A stretch of DNA of 64,000 bases, taken from assembly GCF_002113885.1 (NCBI RefSeq), contig NW_018408770.1, forward strand, positions 308,281 to 372,280. The letters run 5' to 3'. Position numbers and translations under genes: made by a program. Positions 1 to 12,312 of the stretch are shown piece after piece (the stretch's first letter is position 1; the number at the start of each line of letters is the position of its first letter). The notes under the pieces are model-generated. The model searched no databases and was not told where the DNA came from. It was given only the letters and a program-made list of their open reading frames with translations. This DNA comes from Mizuhopecten yessoensis. Lineage: Eukaryota.

Positions 1-960
1 CATGATAGAGGGAGGGCACAGTCACGGTAGATAGGGGATATGGGCATTGTACAAGATATGGACATGGTACAGACTGATCTTAACCATGATAGAGAGAGGG
101 CACAGTCACGGTAGATAGGGGATATGGGCATTGTACAAGATATGGACATGGTACAGAGTGATCACAACCATGATAGAGAGAGGGCACAGTCACGGTAGAT
201 AGGGGATATGGGCATTGTACAAGATATGTACATGGTACAGGGTGGACACAACCATGATAGAGGGAGGGAAGGGTCATGGTAGATAGGGGATATGGGCATT
301 GTACAAGATATGGACATGGTACAGGGTGGACACAACCATGGTAGAGGGAGGTAAGGGTCATGGTAGATAAATTATATGGACATGGTACAGAGTTGACACA
401 ACCATGATAGAGGGAGGGCACAGTCACGGTAGATAGGGGATATGGGCATTGTACAAGATATGTACATGGTACAGGGTGGACACAACCATGGTAGAGGGAG
501 GTAAGGGTCATGGTAGATAAATTATATGGACATGGTACAGAGTTGACACAACCATGGTAGAGGGAGGGCACAGTCACGGTAGATAGGGGATATGGGCATT
601 GTACAAGATATGGACATGGTACAGAGTGATCTCAACCATGATAGAGGGAAGGCACAGTCATGGTAGATATAAGATATGGGCATGGCACAGAACGGACTCA
701 ACCATGGTACAGGGAGGACACATTCATGGTAGATAGGGGATATGGGCATTGTACAAGATATGGACATGGTACAGAGTGATCTCAACCATGATAGAGGGAG
801 GGCACAGTCATGGTAGATAGAAGATATGGGCATGGCACAGAGTGGACTCAACCATGGTACAGGGAGGGCACAGTCATGGTAGATAGCGGATACATGAGCA
901 TTGTACAGAGTAGACTCAACCATGGTAGAGGGAGGACAACATCGTAGAAGACAGACCTTA
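1..960. repeat. Minisatellite, 84-bp unit (four related ~21-bp CATG subunits, with ~65-bp variants), in EIF2B2 intron 4
   Basis: CATGATAGAG recurs at 1, 85, 169, 253 and onward. The array decays toward the exon 4 donor at 998. Confidence 0.9.
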
Positions 961-998
961 ACCATAGAGTTATGACACACCAATGTTAGAGGACTTAC

Positions 999-2407
999 AT
1001 GAAGGGACTCCTGTGGATCTCCCTCCTCAGACTTCCCTGCACATGCACTACAATGAGACACATTCACAGTCAGTTCCTGACTAGGCTTCATTGGCATTAC
1101 ATTTACTTTTAACAAAAATGACTCAATGACACAAATATTTTAGTTTCAACATTTTAACAAAAATTAAATTATCTATCATATGAATAGTGATAAAAAATCA
1201 GGTAAACTTAATATTTGATGAATAATTATGAAGAAGCAAAACAGACCCAATTAAAGAAAGTGAAACGCCTCAGAAAGGATTTTTTTCATGCTATTTCTTT
1301 ATTTTCCCAACCTGTAACTTCCCAGCAGCTTTTCATATTCCTTCAATTCAGGCGGTATATATTATAGGAGAAACTGAGAAAGTCAGCAGGCAAACCTGGC
1401 ATATTCCTCCCGTACAAGCTTAAGGACTCGTCGCACCATGTTACCCACAGCTGTTTCTGACGGTTGTGACATCATCATCTTCCTGCCATCCTCTTTCAGA
1501 ACCTCCATCACATCCCTGATTTAATGGTATACAGATCTCAAATAATTGTGGTCAGTACAGATAGGTGAAAAAGAACTGGACAAACTCACAATTATGACCA
1601 TATGCATAGTATTTGGATGGGAACTTTTTAGATTATTCATCTTTGACTATTCCATGATTTGAATAAATGCTTGACATTTCTACTTCTTTCTGCAATCCAC
1701 ATCAAATTAACATCATTATATCAGAGAAGAGAGCAATCTATCCATTCATAACACTAGTATTATGTGACGGATGTTTCAGTGTTGAGAATATTATACAAGT
1801 GTGGCAGATTTTAATTGTACATAGGATTATGGTTGCCTTTTAGCTTCAAACTAGTGGGAATTTACCCTTTAACTCAGTATTAGAGCATCCGACTAGGTTG
1901 GGGGGCGGTGGAAACACACTATTCTCTTTCCTGTTACACATATATGCATGTAGCTGATGCGCATGACTTTTAAAATGTACATGATTGAACTTACTTTGCA
2001 GTTTGCCATTTCCGTTGTGCTATGATTTTCCTCAGCAAGCAAACAGTCTTCAAGGCAACATAATAAGAACTTTGGCTGGTTCTGCAGAAACCAAATTTAC
2101 ATGTACATAAATATTGTTTTAACAATTTTGTGCAAACAAAGTAGTATGTACTAACCTCTACTAAACATACTTATCGCATAATATAATACAGTATCTATAA
2201 TGGCACTGGAGCAGTATATTATTACCGGGTATGTGGTTATTGTTTCCTATGGGCTGTTACCTGTGCTGCATGACACCACAATATGGTCACCGTATATAAT
2301 GCTACCAGTCAGTGTACAAATACTGATATTTACCCCTGTTTCAATTCACTAATGAAACTCTCTATCTCTTCTTTCAAGTCGTCTTTCTTGTCACTTTCAC
2401 TGGGCAT
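999..2407 (-). CDS. EIF2B2: Translation initiation factor eIF2B subunit beta, exons 1-4 (partial, continues past left edge)
   Basis: Minus-strand exons 2334-2407, 1995-2081, 1396-1515 and 999-1047, all GT-AG with consistent phase. They translate to [110 protein letters not shown], matching the eIF2B-beta N-terminus ([22 protein letters not shown], QESLH). Confidence 0.93.
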
Positions 2408-2565
2408 CTTAAATTATAAGTTTCTGTCTGCAATCTGAGGCAATCCCTTCTAACCGGAAGTAGAAATCCCCGATTTCAACCAATAAGAAAACGTCTTTTC
2501 TGCGGGATCGCAAGATGGATGCGCCCATGAAGTCAACATCGCACAACGTGTGAAACTGAAAAGTA
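2408..2565. promoter_or_regulatory. Compact bidirectional promoter of EIF2B2 and SETD9
   Basis: Divergent ATGs at 2407(-) and 2566(+). ETS-like CCGGAAG at 2454-2460, CCAAT at 2480-2484, YY1-like AAGATGG at 2512-2518. Confidence 0.7.
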
Positions 2566-5500
2566 ATGTTTTTTAAGACTATTCGAAACAAATGGAAACA
2601 GTATAAGTTCCGGTTTATACCGTGGATTGCTCTTAATCTAAAAGACAGGTAGAGTATATTTTTGACAGGTATTTCTTTGTATGTAGCAGCGTCCTTGGTT
2701 GCCCTGTTCTGGCTACGAAGTAGCGCGTGTCGTCTGCTAATTTCTGACAGGAACCATGTATACAAAACACAGACATAAAGTCTCAATTGAAAATGTTATC
2801 TAGATACTAGTGGTTTTGTTTCAGTCCCAGCCATCTGGGTCATTGCATTTTCCTTTCCTATTAAATCTGTTGTCAGACAATGGACAGAGTCAATCATAAA
2901 TGCCTTGATGTGCCATGTTCAAAACCCCCTGAATATGCCTGTTGTAGTTACAATTTTAATAATAACCACAATTAAAATTATATGTACCTTAACAAACTAA
3001 GCCCCTGAGTGTCACTTGGGTAATTTAGCTGAGAGAGCATACATGTAATTTAACTTCACAAGGCCTTTAGCTTTTCAAGTATATTCCCACACTTTTTAAA
3101 AATATGAAAGGATCATTTCAAGTATAATAGGATATTATTGAGACATTATGACTAGCTAGGTCTTAAAAAAACAAATTGTGGGAGGGTAGGTTGTTCACTT
3201 CTCACGTTTGTATTACTTTGTTAAGTATAATTGTTGTTTATGATTTAGAGACAGGGCTCTGTTACTTTCTGTGTTATTCACCCTTATGTAGGGTAGGGCT
3301 TTTCGTTCAGTGTAGGATTCCTGGCGATCAGCTGCTACGATACCGGTGTTTACACTTTTGAGACGGCCGGAAGTGGGTGATAGTAATAACAGGAATAGGT
3401 TCCCGCTCCTTGCTCATGATCACATGCTTTTAGATGGTGGGGCTGGGTTCAAGATTAACAGTTGATCACTCATCTTCGAGGCTATTTGGTGGGGGGAGCA
3501 GGGTATATAAAACAGCGGGTCCGGGCGGGGATCAGTGTCTTGACAGGGTCGGTGAGCCGACCCACTTCTCCTGGTGAGGAGAACATTACCGCCTCATGCG
3601 CTGTAAACAGTGCAAAACATGGGCCGAGGTGCTGCTAACAGTACCAATACCGTAGGACTACATGAAGTTATCGTTCCTGGGATATATAGAGTGCTATAGG
3701 AACTACAGTACATGTATTAAGGGATAGTCAGGGGCTTCGGGCTTAGGCATCGATACATGGTGATTCGCTGTAGATCTATAGGGAGCTAGGAGCACATGGT
3801 CATAGTCTACTGGTAGTACTGTTACTAGGATAGGCCATTACTCTACATACATAGGGATCAGGTTTCTTAACATTAGCTGTCATTGTTTGGCACTAATGCT
3901 ATGCTTTGTATTTGTTAAACTTGTTGTACATATTCATTCCGTCTTGTTAATAAACAGTTACTTGTATTTTAAACACCTTGTTGAGTTATTGAATCAATTG
4001 GTTGTATTACCACTACATCCAGTGTTTGAACCTGTAGTGAAAACAGGTCTGTAACCTGACGAAAGAGGCGAGGTCTAGAGAGGACTGCAGGGGAAGTTGT
4101 CGACTCGTTACCATTGCTAAAAACTATACGATCACGAAACGGATTTCACGGAGTGACAACGGATGCAAAACCCTCTCCAGACCTCCACCTATTACAAAAT
4201 AAACAATATAATAGACGTAATGATAAATAAATTATATCTCTGAATCCTTGTTATATTTTATATTTCAACGTCAATAAATATTCAAAAAGTTGAGTCAAGA
4301 TTTTAAATTGAAAACATACCTGTATAACATTACCATCTAATTTTTTTCAGGAGTGTGAGATCAGTTGCTCCCAGTGAAAAAGATAAACTATTTAACGACT
4401 CACAAGTAGAACAATTTCTCTTGCACTTTTTTGAAAATCTTGAAAAAGTAAGACAATCAAATGCTCAGACCTCAGATGATGGCGATTTGTGGAAACCTCA
4501 GAAACTCACCAAGGAAGAACAGTACCTACAACACAGAAATAACTTAAGAATGATGGAGGATTGTGTTGGCTTCATTGTAGAAAGAAAGCAAAGTTTGATA
4601 CCTGGAGGTGGAACAGGTGTGTTTGTGACAAAGGGTCAAGTACCAAAAGGAACAGTGGTGTCCATGTACCCTGGCACTTTGTACAGGCTTGGGGAACCTA
4701 TCCTGTTACAGAGCCTGGCTAACCCATTCATATTTCGCTGTATTGATGCTGTCCTAATTGATGGAAATGATAAGAATATTTCTAAATCCATTTATATGTG
4801 AGTATAACTGAAGTACGACAATTTAGCCTGCACCTTTTAATATTTATAATTTTAGATAATGTACGTCTGTTTATATCCTTAAGTCATAAAATTGTTTTTA
4901 CTTTGAAGGTTATGTCTGTTCATTGAAGGTCATGTTTGTATATTAAAGGTCATGTTTGTACATTAAGGTCATGTTTGTTGATTGAAAGTCATATTTGTGC
5001 ATTGAAGGTCATATTTGTGCATTAAAGGTCATGTTTGTACACTGAAGGTCATTTTTTTTTACATTTATGGTTACATTTGTACATTGAAGGTTATATTTGT
5101 ACTTTGAAGGTCATGTTTGTACATTGACGGTCATGTTTTTTACATTGGAGGTCATGTTTATACATTGAAGGTCATGTTTGTACATTGAAGGTCATGTTTG
5201 TACATTGAAGGTTATGTTTATACATTGCTGGTCATGTTTTTACATTGAAGGTCATATTTGTAAATTTAAGGTTATATTTGTACATGAAAGGTCATGTTTT
5301 TACATTCAAGGTCATGTTTGTACATTCAAGGTCATGTTTATATATTGAAGGTCATGTTTATATATTGAAGGTCATGTTTGTACAATAAAGATAATGTTAT
5401 TACATGGAAGGTCATATTTGTTCATTGAAGGTCATGTTTGTACATTGAAGATCATGTGGTCAGCGAGACAGACATGGACCTTACTTGACCTGTGACCTGT

Positions 5501-6324
5501 CCTGGGTTACACAATATCCCATCAATCCATTGGCTGTTGGACAGTATGTGAACAACCAATCAAAACGTAAGTACAAGCAAAACAGTTACAGCAGAACCTT
5601 CTTTCTCTGGGCATATAGTTTCTAAAGTCAAAATTAAAAATTAGGAACAACAATTTTCTTATATTACATTGTTAAGGTGACAGATGATTGTTCAATGAAG
5701 CATATATGATAAATCTATTATTAAAATAAATGTTGAATAATAAGAAGTGTTTAATTGGATTTTCCATGAGATTAACTGATTCAAAGATGGATGATATATA
5801 AGTATTGAGCTTAAATGAACAAACAAGCTTTGTTGATGTAGAAATTTGTTCTTGAATATATTTTGTTGATGATATATTTTGTTAATCTTTGAACTAATAT
5901 ATATATAACTGGCAGCTAGATTGAAAACAATTATTTGTTGGTAGTGTTTCCAGCTAATGTGGCCTACCAGGAGTTTGACATCCCTCTGCAGTTTCCCTTC
6001 CACTTAAGGAAATATATCCCTAACATCAACTATAGTTCATCTATACAGGAGATTTCAGGACAGCACAGGTGAGCTTCAAGTTGAGTAATCATATGTTATG
6101 TGATATTGTATTCGGCAAAGAAATGCAGGAAAAATTGCACGTGTTCATTAGATATTGCATTAACAGTATCTAACACAAGCAGTTTTTAAACATTTCATTT
6201 ATGTCCATCAAAACTTTGTTTTATTTTATCTTCCAGGCAGACAAGAGTTGTGGTTCTTGTGTCACTGAGGACGATTGAAGAAGGGGAAGAACTCTTCTCA
6301 AGTTATTTTACTGTTGTACATTGA
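2566..6324 (+). CDS. SETD9: SET domain-containing protein 9 (about 285 aa, 5 exons)
   Basis: Exons 2566-2648 (MFFKTIRNKWKQYKFRFIPWIALNL), 4351-4797 (GVFVTKGQVPKGTVVSMYPG, NPFIFRCIDAVLIDGNDK), 5451-5566 (NPLAVGQYVNN), 5945-6068 (ANVAYQEFD) and 6237-6324 (VVLVSLRTIEEGEELFSSYFTVVH*). Phases are consistent, and AATAAA lies at 6342-6347. Confidence 0.95.
3177..4113 (+). mobile_element. Probable solo LTR in SETD9 intron 1
   Basis: GC-richer ~940-bp block starting TGTGGG and ending GTTACCA. TATA-like TATATAAAA near 3504 and AATAAA near 3949 are in U3-R-U5 order. The TSD is ambiguous (ATTG at 3175-3178 and 4113-4116). Confidence 0.4.
4893..5457 (+). repeat. 20-bp minisatellite (about 28 copies) made of the SETD9 exon 3 acceptor junction
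   Basis: Unit TTTGTACATTGAAG|GTCATG. The last copy is the real acceptor, TTTGTACATTGAAG|ATCATGTGG, at 5450/5451. Confidence 0.92.
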
Positions 6325-6454
6325 TAGTGTGTTATGACTGAAATAAAAAAAAATACATATATTTGTGAATTCACTTATTTCTATTAACACCTGAAATGTG
6401 AATCTATTTTAAGGATGAGTCTGATTATATGTAAAATTTAATGTTCGGTATGTA

Positions 6455-6707
6455 TCACAAGGACCTGAGGATTTATTACAGCTATATTTGGACCTAAACT
6501 AAGGCGTTCAGAGTAACTTTACATGTTTTAGGGGTTTAGCTTGACTTTCGGTAAAATGCCACCCCAATGCTTATATACGAGCGTAAATGAGCATTGGGTT
6601 GGCATTTTTACTGAAAGTCGATCTAAAACCCTAAAATACAAACAATTACTCCCAACACCTTAGTTTAGGTCCAAATATAGCTGTAACCAATTCTCAGGTC
6701 CCTGTTG
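6455..6707. mobile_element. Foldback MITE (whole element is an imperfect palindrome), TA flanks
   Basis: ACAAGGACCTGAG..TTACAGCTATATTTGGACCTAAACTAAGG is mirrored by CCTTAGTTTAGGTCCAAATATAGCTGTAA..CTCAGGTCCCTGT. TA at 6453-6454 and 6708-6709. Confidence 0.85.
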
Positions 6708-7519
6708 TATGTAGGTATTGGGAGATATCACGTTTTATTCTCAAATAATCCACATCATAGTGACTCAAACATTCTGTTCTGAGTCTGGTTTCTTTTGTTA
6801 TTTAGAACACATTCGTAACATGAGATCATTATACAATACACGATTTGTACTTTCACTTCAAATACATTTATATGACCTATCCTAAATTAGGGTTTTGTCC
6901 TTAGCCTCTGTATTTTATCATTTTCTCTGTTACCGCTAATTTTCCGAATTTTTGTAAACTTAAATATGGTCATTATTTTATTGCTATTATCGATTAAAAG
7001 TAACTAAATAAAATACGGAGAGTGTATTATATGTGGTAATCTTAGCTCGTTTTGATACGTGTATAAGTCCCATCTCCATAAAAGTAAGCTGTTCTGGGGC
7101 CATAATATTTCTACTTGGGGATGCAGGACTTGTCTACTTCAAATATAGTATATATGATGTGCCTTCCTCAGCGACACGCGTACATAAATAGGTTCCACCT
7201 TTTAGTTGACCCTGATAGGTAAAGTTGTTTGACTTTAAAGACAGCTTAAGTACGGACTTGCGCTTGATCCAAAACCGCATTTTATAACTGTGATACTTTC
7301 ATTGTTGTTACACGCTGTTCGGTTTTGTCTGATTTGAATGTCTGTGTCGAAACCAATGACGGATTACGAAAACGCAAGGAAAAGTGGGCACATACCGTGC
7401 TGTATGTTATCAAGTAAAATATGTGAGGGCGAGAAAAGGAAGGTACTGAACTGGAAAATTCATCAATACTCGTAAGGAAGATATATGACATTTTTAAATC
7501 TTTGTTCGTGCAATCTTAA

Positions 7520-8120
7520 AAATATATGTACATTTCCTCAGCAGGTTTAAACATATTCTATTGCCAAAAAAATGCAAAAGGATTGGGTACAAGTTACATG
7601 AACATTATTAACGCCCTTTCCTCAGCAAGTTCCTCTATAAGCATTACAAGAAGAAATTGCGTTCATTTTTTGGCTCTTATTTTTCGTTTTATTGCTCCAG
7701 AAATAGTTGTCATACATAAGTTTTAGTTCTTAGTGCTGCTTACTTTCTTTTGTGTAATCTTTCTGTTTTATGCTGTACACTCCTAATTATTGTTTCATAA
7801 ATGTTTGTTTGTTGTTTTAGATTATGCTATATTAGCATGTATTCTGTCAATTTTTAGTTTTCGGCATATTGGCATATATGTACATTAGACTGAAACGTCT
7901 CTTAAATTAATATACATGCTGCATGAGCTTTATGTTTGCATGACCTTTAATCTCCGTGCTATTTTACTTTTTATTCAACTTTATGTGATGCATGCTACCT
8001 TTGTGATATTTTGTTGTTTCTATTAATTTTTATTTTTATATAGTCGTAAGGTTAGCTCTTCTGAGCTAAAGTTGCATTGTTACAAACATGACTCTAACTA
8101 AGAATTCTTGTATCTTGTAT
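7520..8120 (+). mobile_element. Possible degenerate LINE (CR1/L2-like) 3' end
   Basis: T-rich 3' UTR-like tract, hairpin TTAGCTC..GAGCTAA at 8072-8089, and a short tandem tail TCTTGTATCTTGTAT. Confidence 0.35.
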
Positions 8121-9669
8121 GGGGCTATGAACGTAATTTGATCACTGTCATTTCAAGCTTCCCTCTTCCGCCTCGATTAACCCTAAAAGCAAACACTTGA
8201 TGACGTTAGGCTGTTCCAGAAATCTCGTTTGCACTGATGACACAGAGACTTCAATGTCGAAAATATAAAGGAATACCTACGCGAAGATCAATAATAGCAA
8301 TGACATTTAGAATGTAAATATATGTACTGCATTTATGTTCATGCCCTTAGCCCTTTTGCATACATATTCCTTGAAACCCGCTAAGCTAAGGGCTCCGTGG
8401 AATATATACATGTAACCGATTTGCGATCATTACGGCATGGACATTGAAATATGCCATTCAAACCTCATATAACATTATCTCTCTAAACGTTCATGGAGCT
8501 ATAATGCCAACGTAATAGTGCACATTATGACGTATGCCTGCAGAGCTGTGTCATTCTTATAGACTGTACATGCCATATCAACAAAGTGCCGTGCTTAATT
8601 TGAATAATCTTTTTCAACGTTCTTGTAGATAAAACACAACACTTTCTTCTCTGTTTCATATTTTTGTTCCATTTGACTACAGAAATCGATAAAATGTATT
8701 TACATCGAAAATTCATGTATTTTTTTCTCTCACTTGCAACATGCTGACTAGAGTTTTCTCATGATCTCCATTCAGTGGCTCTATTTTATTTAAAAACGTG
8801 ATATCCATTAATATGTTTAAATCCCACTCTCGATTTATATGTACATATATTTAATCATATTCGAGTTGCCTATTCTAGTATAAACATTGGGATCTCGCGT
8901 TGACAGCTCGGTATTACCACAGTATTGAGAGGTGGTAGCGGGCGCGATAACACGAGAAAATACTTCTGCCTGGCTACCAAGCTTATCTCTTCTGGTGTAT
9001 CCTTTATCCCTAGTGGTTAGGAAGACATATTTATACCTGGACAAGATAGCTCGGGGATCATCGCAGCAGGTGTGGCACAGGTGTGTATAAAACATATTAA
9101 TTATAATCCAGTTATTTTTTGTAAAAATGGAACAACAGGTTTCATTATATTGCTGTGTTGCATTCGGAACACTATACTATACTGAGAGAACTGATGGTAC
9201 ATGCAGTTATTCTGGTTTAAATTCTCGTACAAGTTTCTCAAGGGGTAACACTCACTGATAACACCATCGTAGGTAGTTAACCACCATCGTTGGTGGCATT
9301 ACAGAGGCGTGGCAAAGTACGTTACCAAATCCGGTCGGTAAAGTCCGAAATTCCCCTTTTTATATACAGCTATTTAATATACTTTAGAAATATTCGTTAA
9401 ATGTCAATTGATTTGTGTCCAGGTCTCGTCCAGTAATTACTCAACGACATAAAACCCAGTAGTGTTACATGAGGCGTATATCAGTATGACATTGTTGCTA
9501 GCACGTGCGGTTGGGCGGCATTTCAAAGAACTGAACATTATTATCGATTGTATCACAAAATTTGAACACCCATTACTGGTAGCAGTAGAAAGGATGAACA
9601 CTATTATTTGTTCATCACAAATGCTTGCTGGCACCACAAAGGTTGAGCATCATCAATGGCGTCATGTAA

Positions 9670-10680
9670 ATTGGTGGCATCGTAAAGGCATCAAGGTTAT
9701 GTTTATGACAACACACAGGCATAACCCCGCCATTGGTGGCATCGTAAAGGCATCAACGTTATGTTTATGACAGCACATAGGCATTACTCCGCCATTGGTG
9801 GCATCGTTAAGGCATCAAGGTTATGTTTATGACAACACACAGGCATAACCCCGCCATTGGTGGCATCGTAAATGCATCAAAGTTATTTTTATGACAGCAC
9901 ACAGGCATAACCCCGCCATTGGTGGCATCGTAAATGCATCAAAGTTATGTTTATGACACCACACAGGCATAACCCCGCCATTGGTGGCATCGTAAAGGCA
10001 TCAAAGCTATGTTTATGACAGCACACAGGCATAACCCCGCCATTGGTGGCATCGTAAATGCATCAAAGTTATGTTTATGACACCACACAGGCATTACCCC
10101 GCCATTGGGGGCATCGTAAAGGCATCAAAGTTATGTTTATAACAGCACACAGGCATTACCCCGTCATTGGTTGCATCGAAAAGGCATCAAAGTTATGTTT
10201 ATGACAGTACACAGGCATTACCCCGCCATTGGTGGCATCGGTAAGGCATCAAAGTTATGTTTATGACAGTACACAGGCATTACCCCGCCATTGGTGGCAT
10301 CGTTAAGGCATCAAGGTTATGTTTATGACAGCACACAGGCATTACCCCGACATTGGTGGCATCGTAAAGGCATCAAGGTTATGTTTATGGCAACACACAG
10401 GCATAACCCCGCCATTGGTGGCATCGTAAATGCATCAAAGTTATTTTTATGACAGCACACAGGCATAACCCCGCCATTGGTGGCATCGTAAATGCATCAA
10501 AGTTATTTTTATGACAGCACACAGGCATAACCCCGCCATTGGTGGCATCGTAAAGGCATCAAAGTTATGTTTATGTCAGCACACAGGCATTACCCCGTCA
10601 TTGGTGGCCTCGTAAAGGCATCAAAGTTATGTTTATGACAGCACACAGGCATTACCCCGTCATTGGTGGCATCACAAAGG
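9670..10680. repeat. 62-bp minisatellite, about 16 copies
   Basis: Unit CATTGGTGGCATCGTAAAGGCATCAAAGTTATGTTTATGACAGCACACAGGCATTACCCCGC, period 62 (9731 to 9793). Confidence 0.95.
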
Positions 10681-11948
10681 GTTGAATACCAGCATTGATT
10701 GCATCAGACAGCTGCACATATTCATTCAGCATCTAAATCATATGTAGTACCATGTTATTAGTTTACGGAATCGTCTGCCGGTATATATTTAGAATCGCCT
10801 GTTTAACCACGAATAATGATTTTATTACAGTGTTATGTTTGTCCTATTAGAACGGCACAATACTATAAATATAAAATAAGCAAACTCAGATGAGAAGAAT
10901 ACTGGCGGTTAACTCCACGCTCACATTCACGATTTTAGAAATCTTAATTTTTCTGTGTTTTGTTCTTTAAATGAGAAGATACTGTTGATAAAGGGGGGGG
11001 GGGGGGGGGGAATATTGTGTTTATGTCTGAATCTGAACCGAAACGCCATATGTCTCTTCATTCTTGTAATTTTCTTTAGAAATAGCATTAAATTATTAAA
11101 TACACATGTACCACACTTTGGTACGGATAAATTGGTTGAATACCAAAGGTCAGTGGCATATGGATAATGCGAGCTCAATGGAGTACCGCTTCGTTTTGTT
11201 GCAGATCTGGTTATGTGAAAACTTGAATGATATTGATGATTGTAAAGTTTGTGTATGTAATCTGATTATGATAATACGGGCATCATTAAATGTGACAGAG
11301 TGAGTCGGTACAGCACTGAGCCACACAGGTATGCATGGCAAATAGTTATGTAGTCCGAACTTCTTTTTCATATACAATGAACTCCAGAATTTTTTCGTTA
11401 AAGGTCAATTGCTTTTTTGTCCAGATCTCATCCAGAAACCAAGGCCCAGTAGTGTTACATAAGGCGTTTACTATACCCAATACCAGTAATACAGCTACAA
11501 ATAATTTACCTTTGTAACGTGATATTATATCCGAAGTAAAAGTGGTCTTTGTTTATATAACAAGTCCCCACCGTAATACACACATTTGATAATTTCATTC
11601 TGGTTAATTGCTTGAATGTTACCATACAGGAAATAGCTTTACTTTTTTCATTAATTTTAAAACGTTATCGTCACAAACATTTGGCGTGTATAGCACTGCC
11701 ACTGGAAGAATACACTTCTTGTATTTGTTCACGTACGAATTATGAATATTCCTGTGACGTCATTATAGCTTTAATTGCAATTTCAACACACCATTATGCT
11801 ATTCCGTTTTTTTCATCTTTTAAAAGTTAAAAGTGACTGATATGCACTTATTTATTGAATGGGATTTAAATGCGACTTGTTGACACACCTGAATGGTTTC
11901 AGGGACATGTAATTGTATGTGTTGTAAAACAGTAATATCTAGAATTGT

Positions 11949-12312
11949 TTATGATCTTTATAACTGCTGCAGTTACCTGGCAAAGTTACAACTCGTGTTT
12001 ATAATTTGGAAAAGACAAAAATAAACCGCAGGCTCAATTTTGATCCCCACAATTGCTGAAATTGAAACTATCCAATTAGTCCTATTCTTTGGTCGCCATT
12101 CTTTTCAATGGAAGACGTAATCTTTGGTTATGATCTTTATAACTGCTGCAGTTACCTGGCAAAGTTACAACTCGTGTTTATAATTTGGAAAAGACAAAAA
12201 TAAACCGCAGGCTCAATTTTGATCCCCACAATTGCTGAAATTGAAACTATCCAATTAGTCCTATTCTTTGGTCGCCATTCTTTTCAATGGAAGACGTAAT
12301 CTTTGGTTATGA
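11949..12312. repeat. Perfect 179-bp tandem duplication
   Basis: ATGATCTTTATAACTGCTGCAG.. starts at 11951 and again at 12130, with TTATGA microhomology at the junctions. Confidence 0.92.

Noticed and set aside
80-1115. Cys/Pro-rich ORFs 80-577 and 522-1115
   Set aside because: These are satellite translations. Only 999-1047 is a real EIF2B2 exon.
8230-8270. CTGATGA..GAAA hammerhead-like motif
   Set aside because: Stem II closes with a C-C mismatch, and there is no convincing stem I, stem III or cleavage triplet.
10993-11010. G18 tract as a regulatory G-quadruplex
   Set aside because: It is an isolated homopolymer with no functional context.
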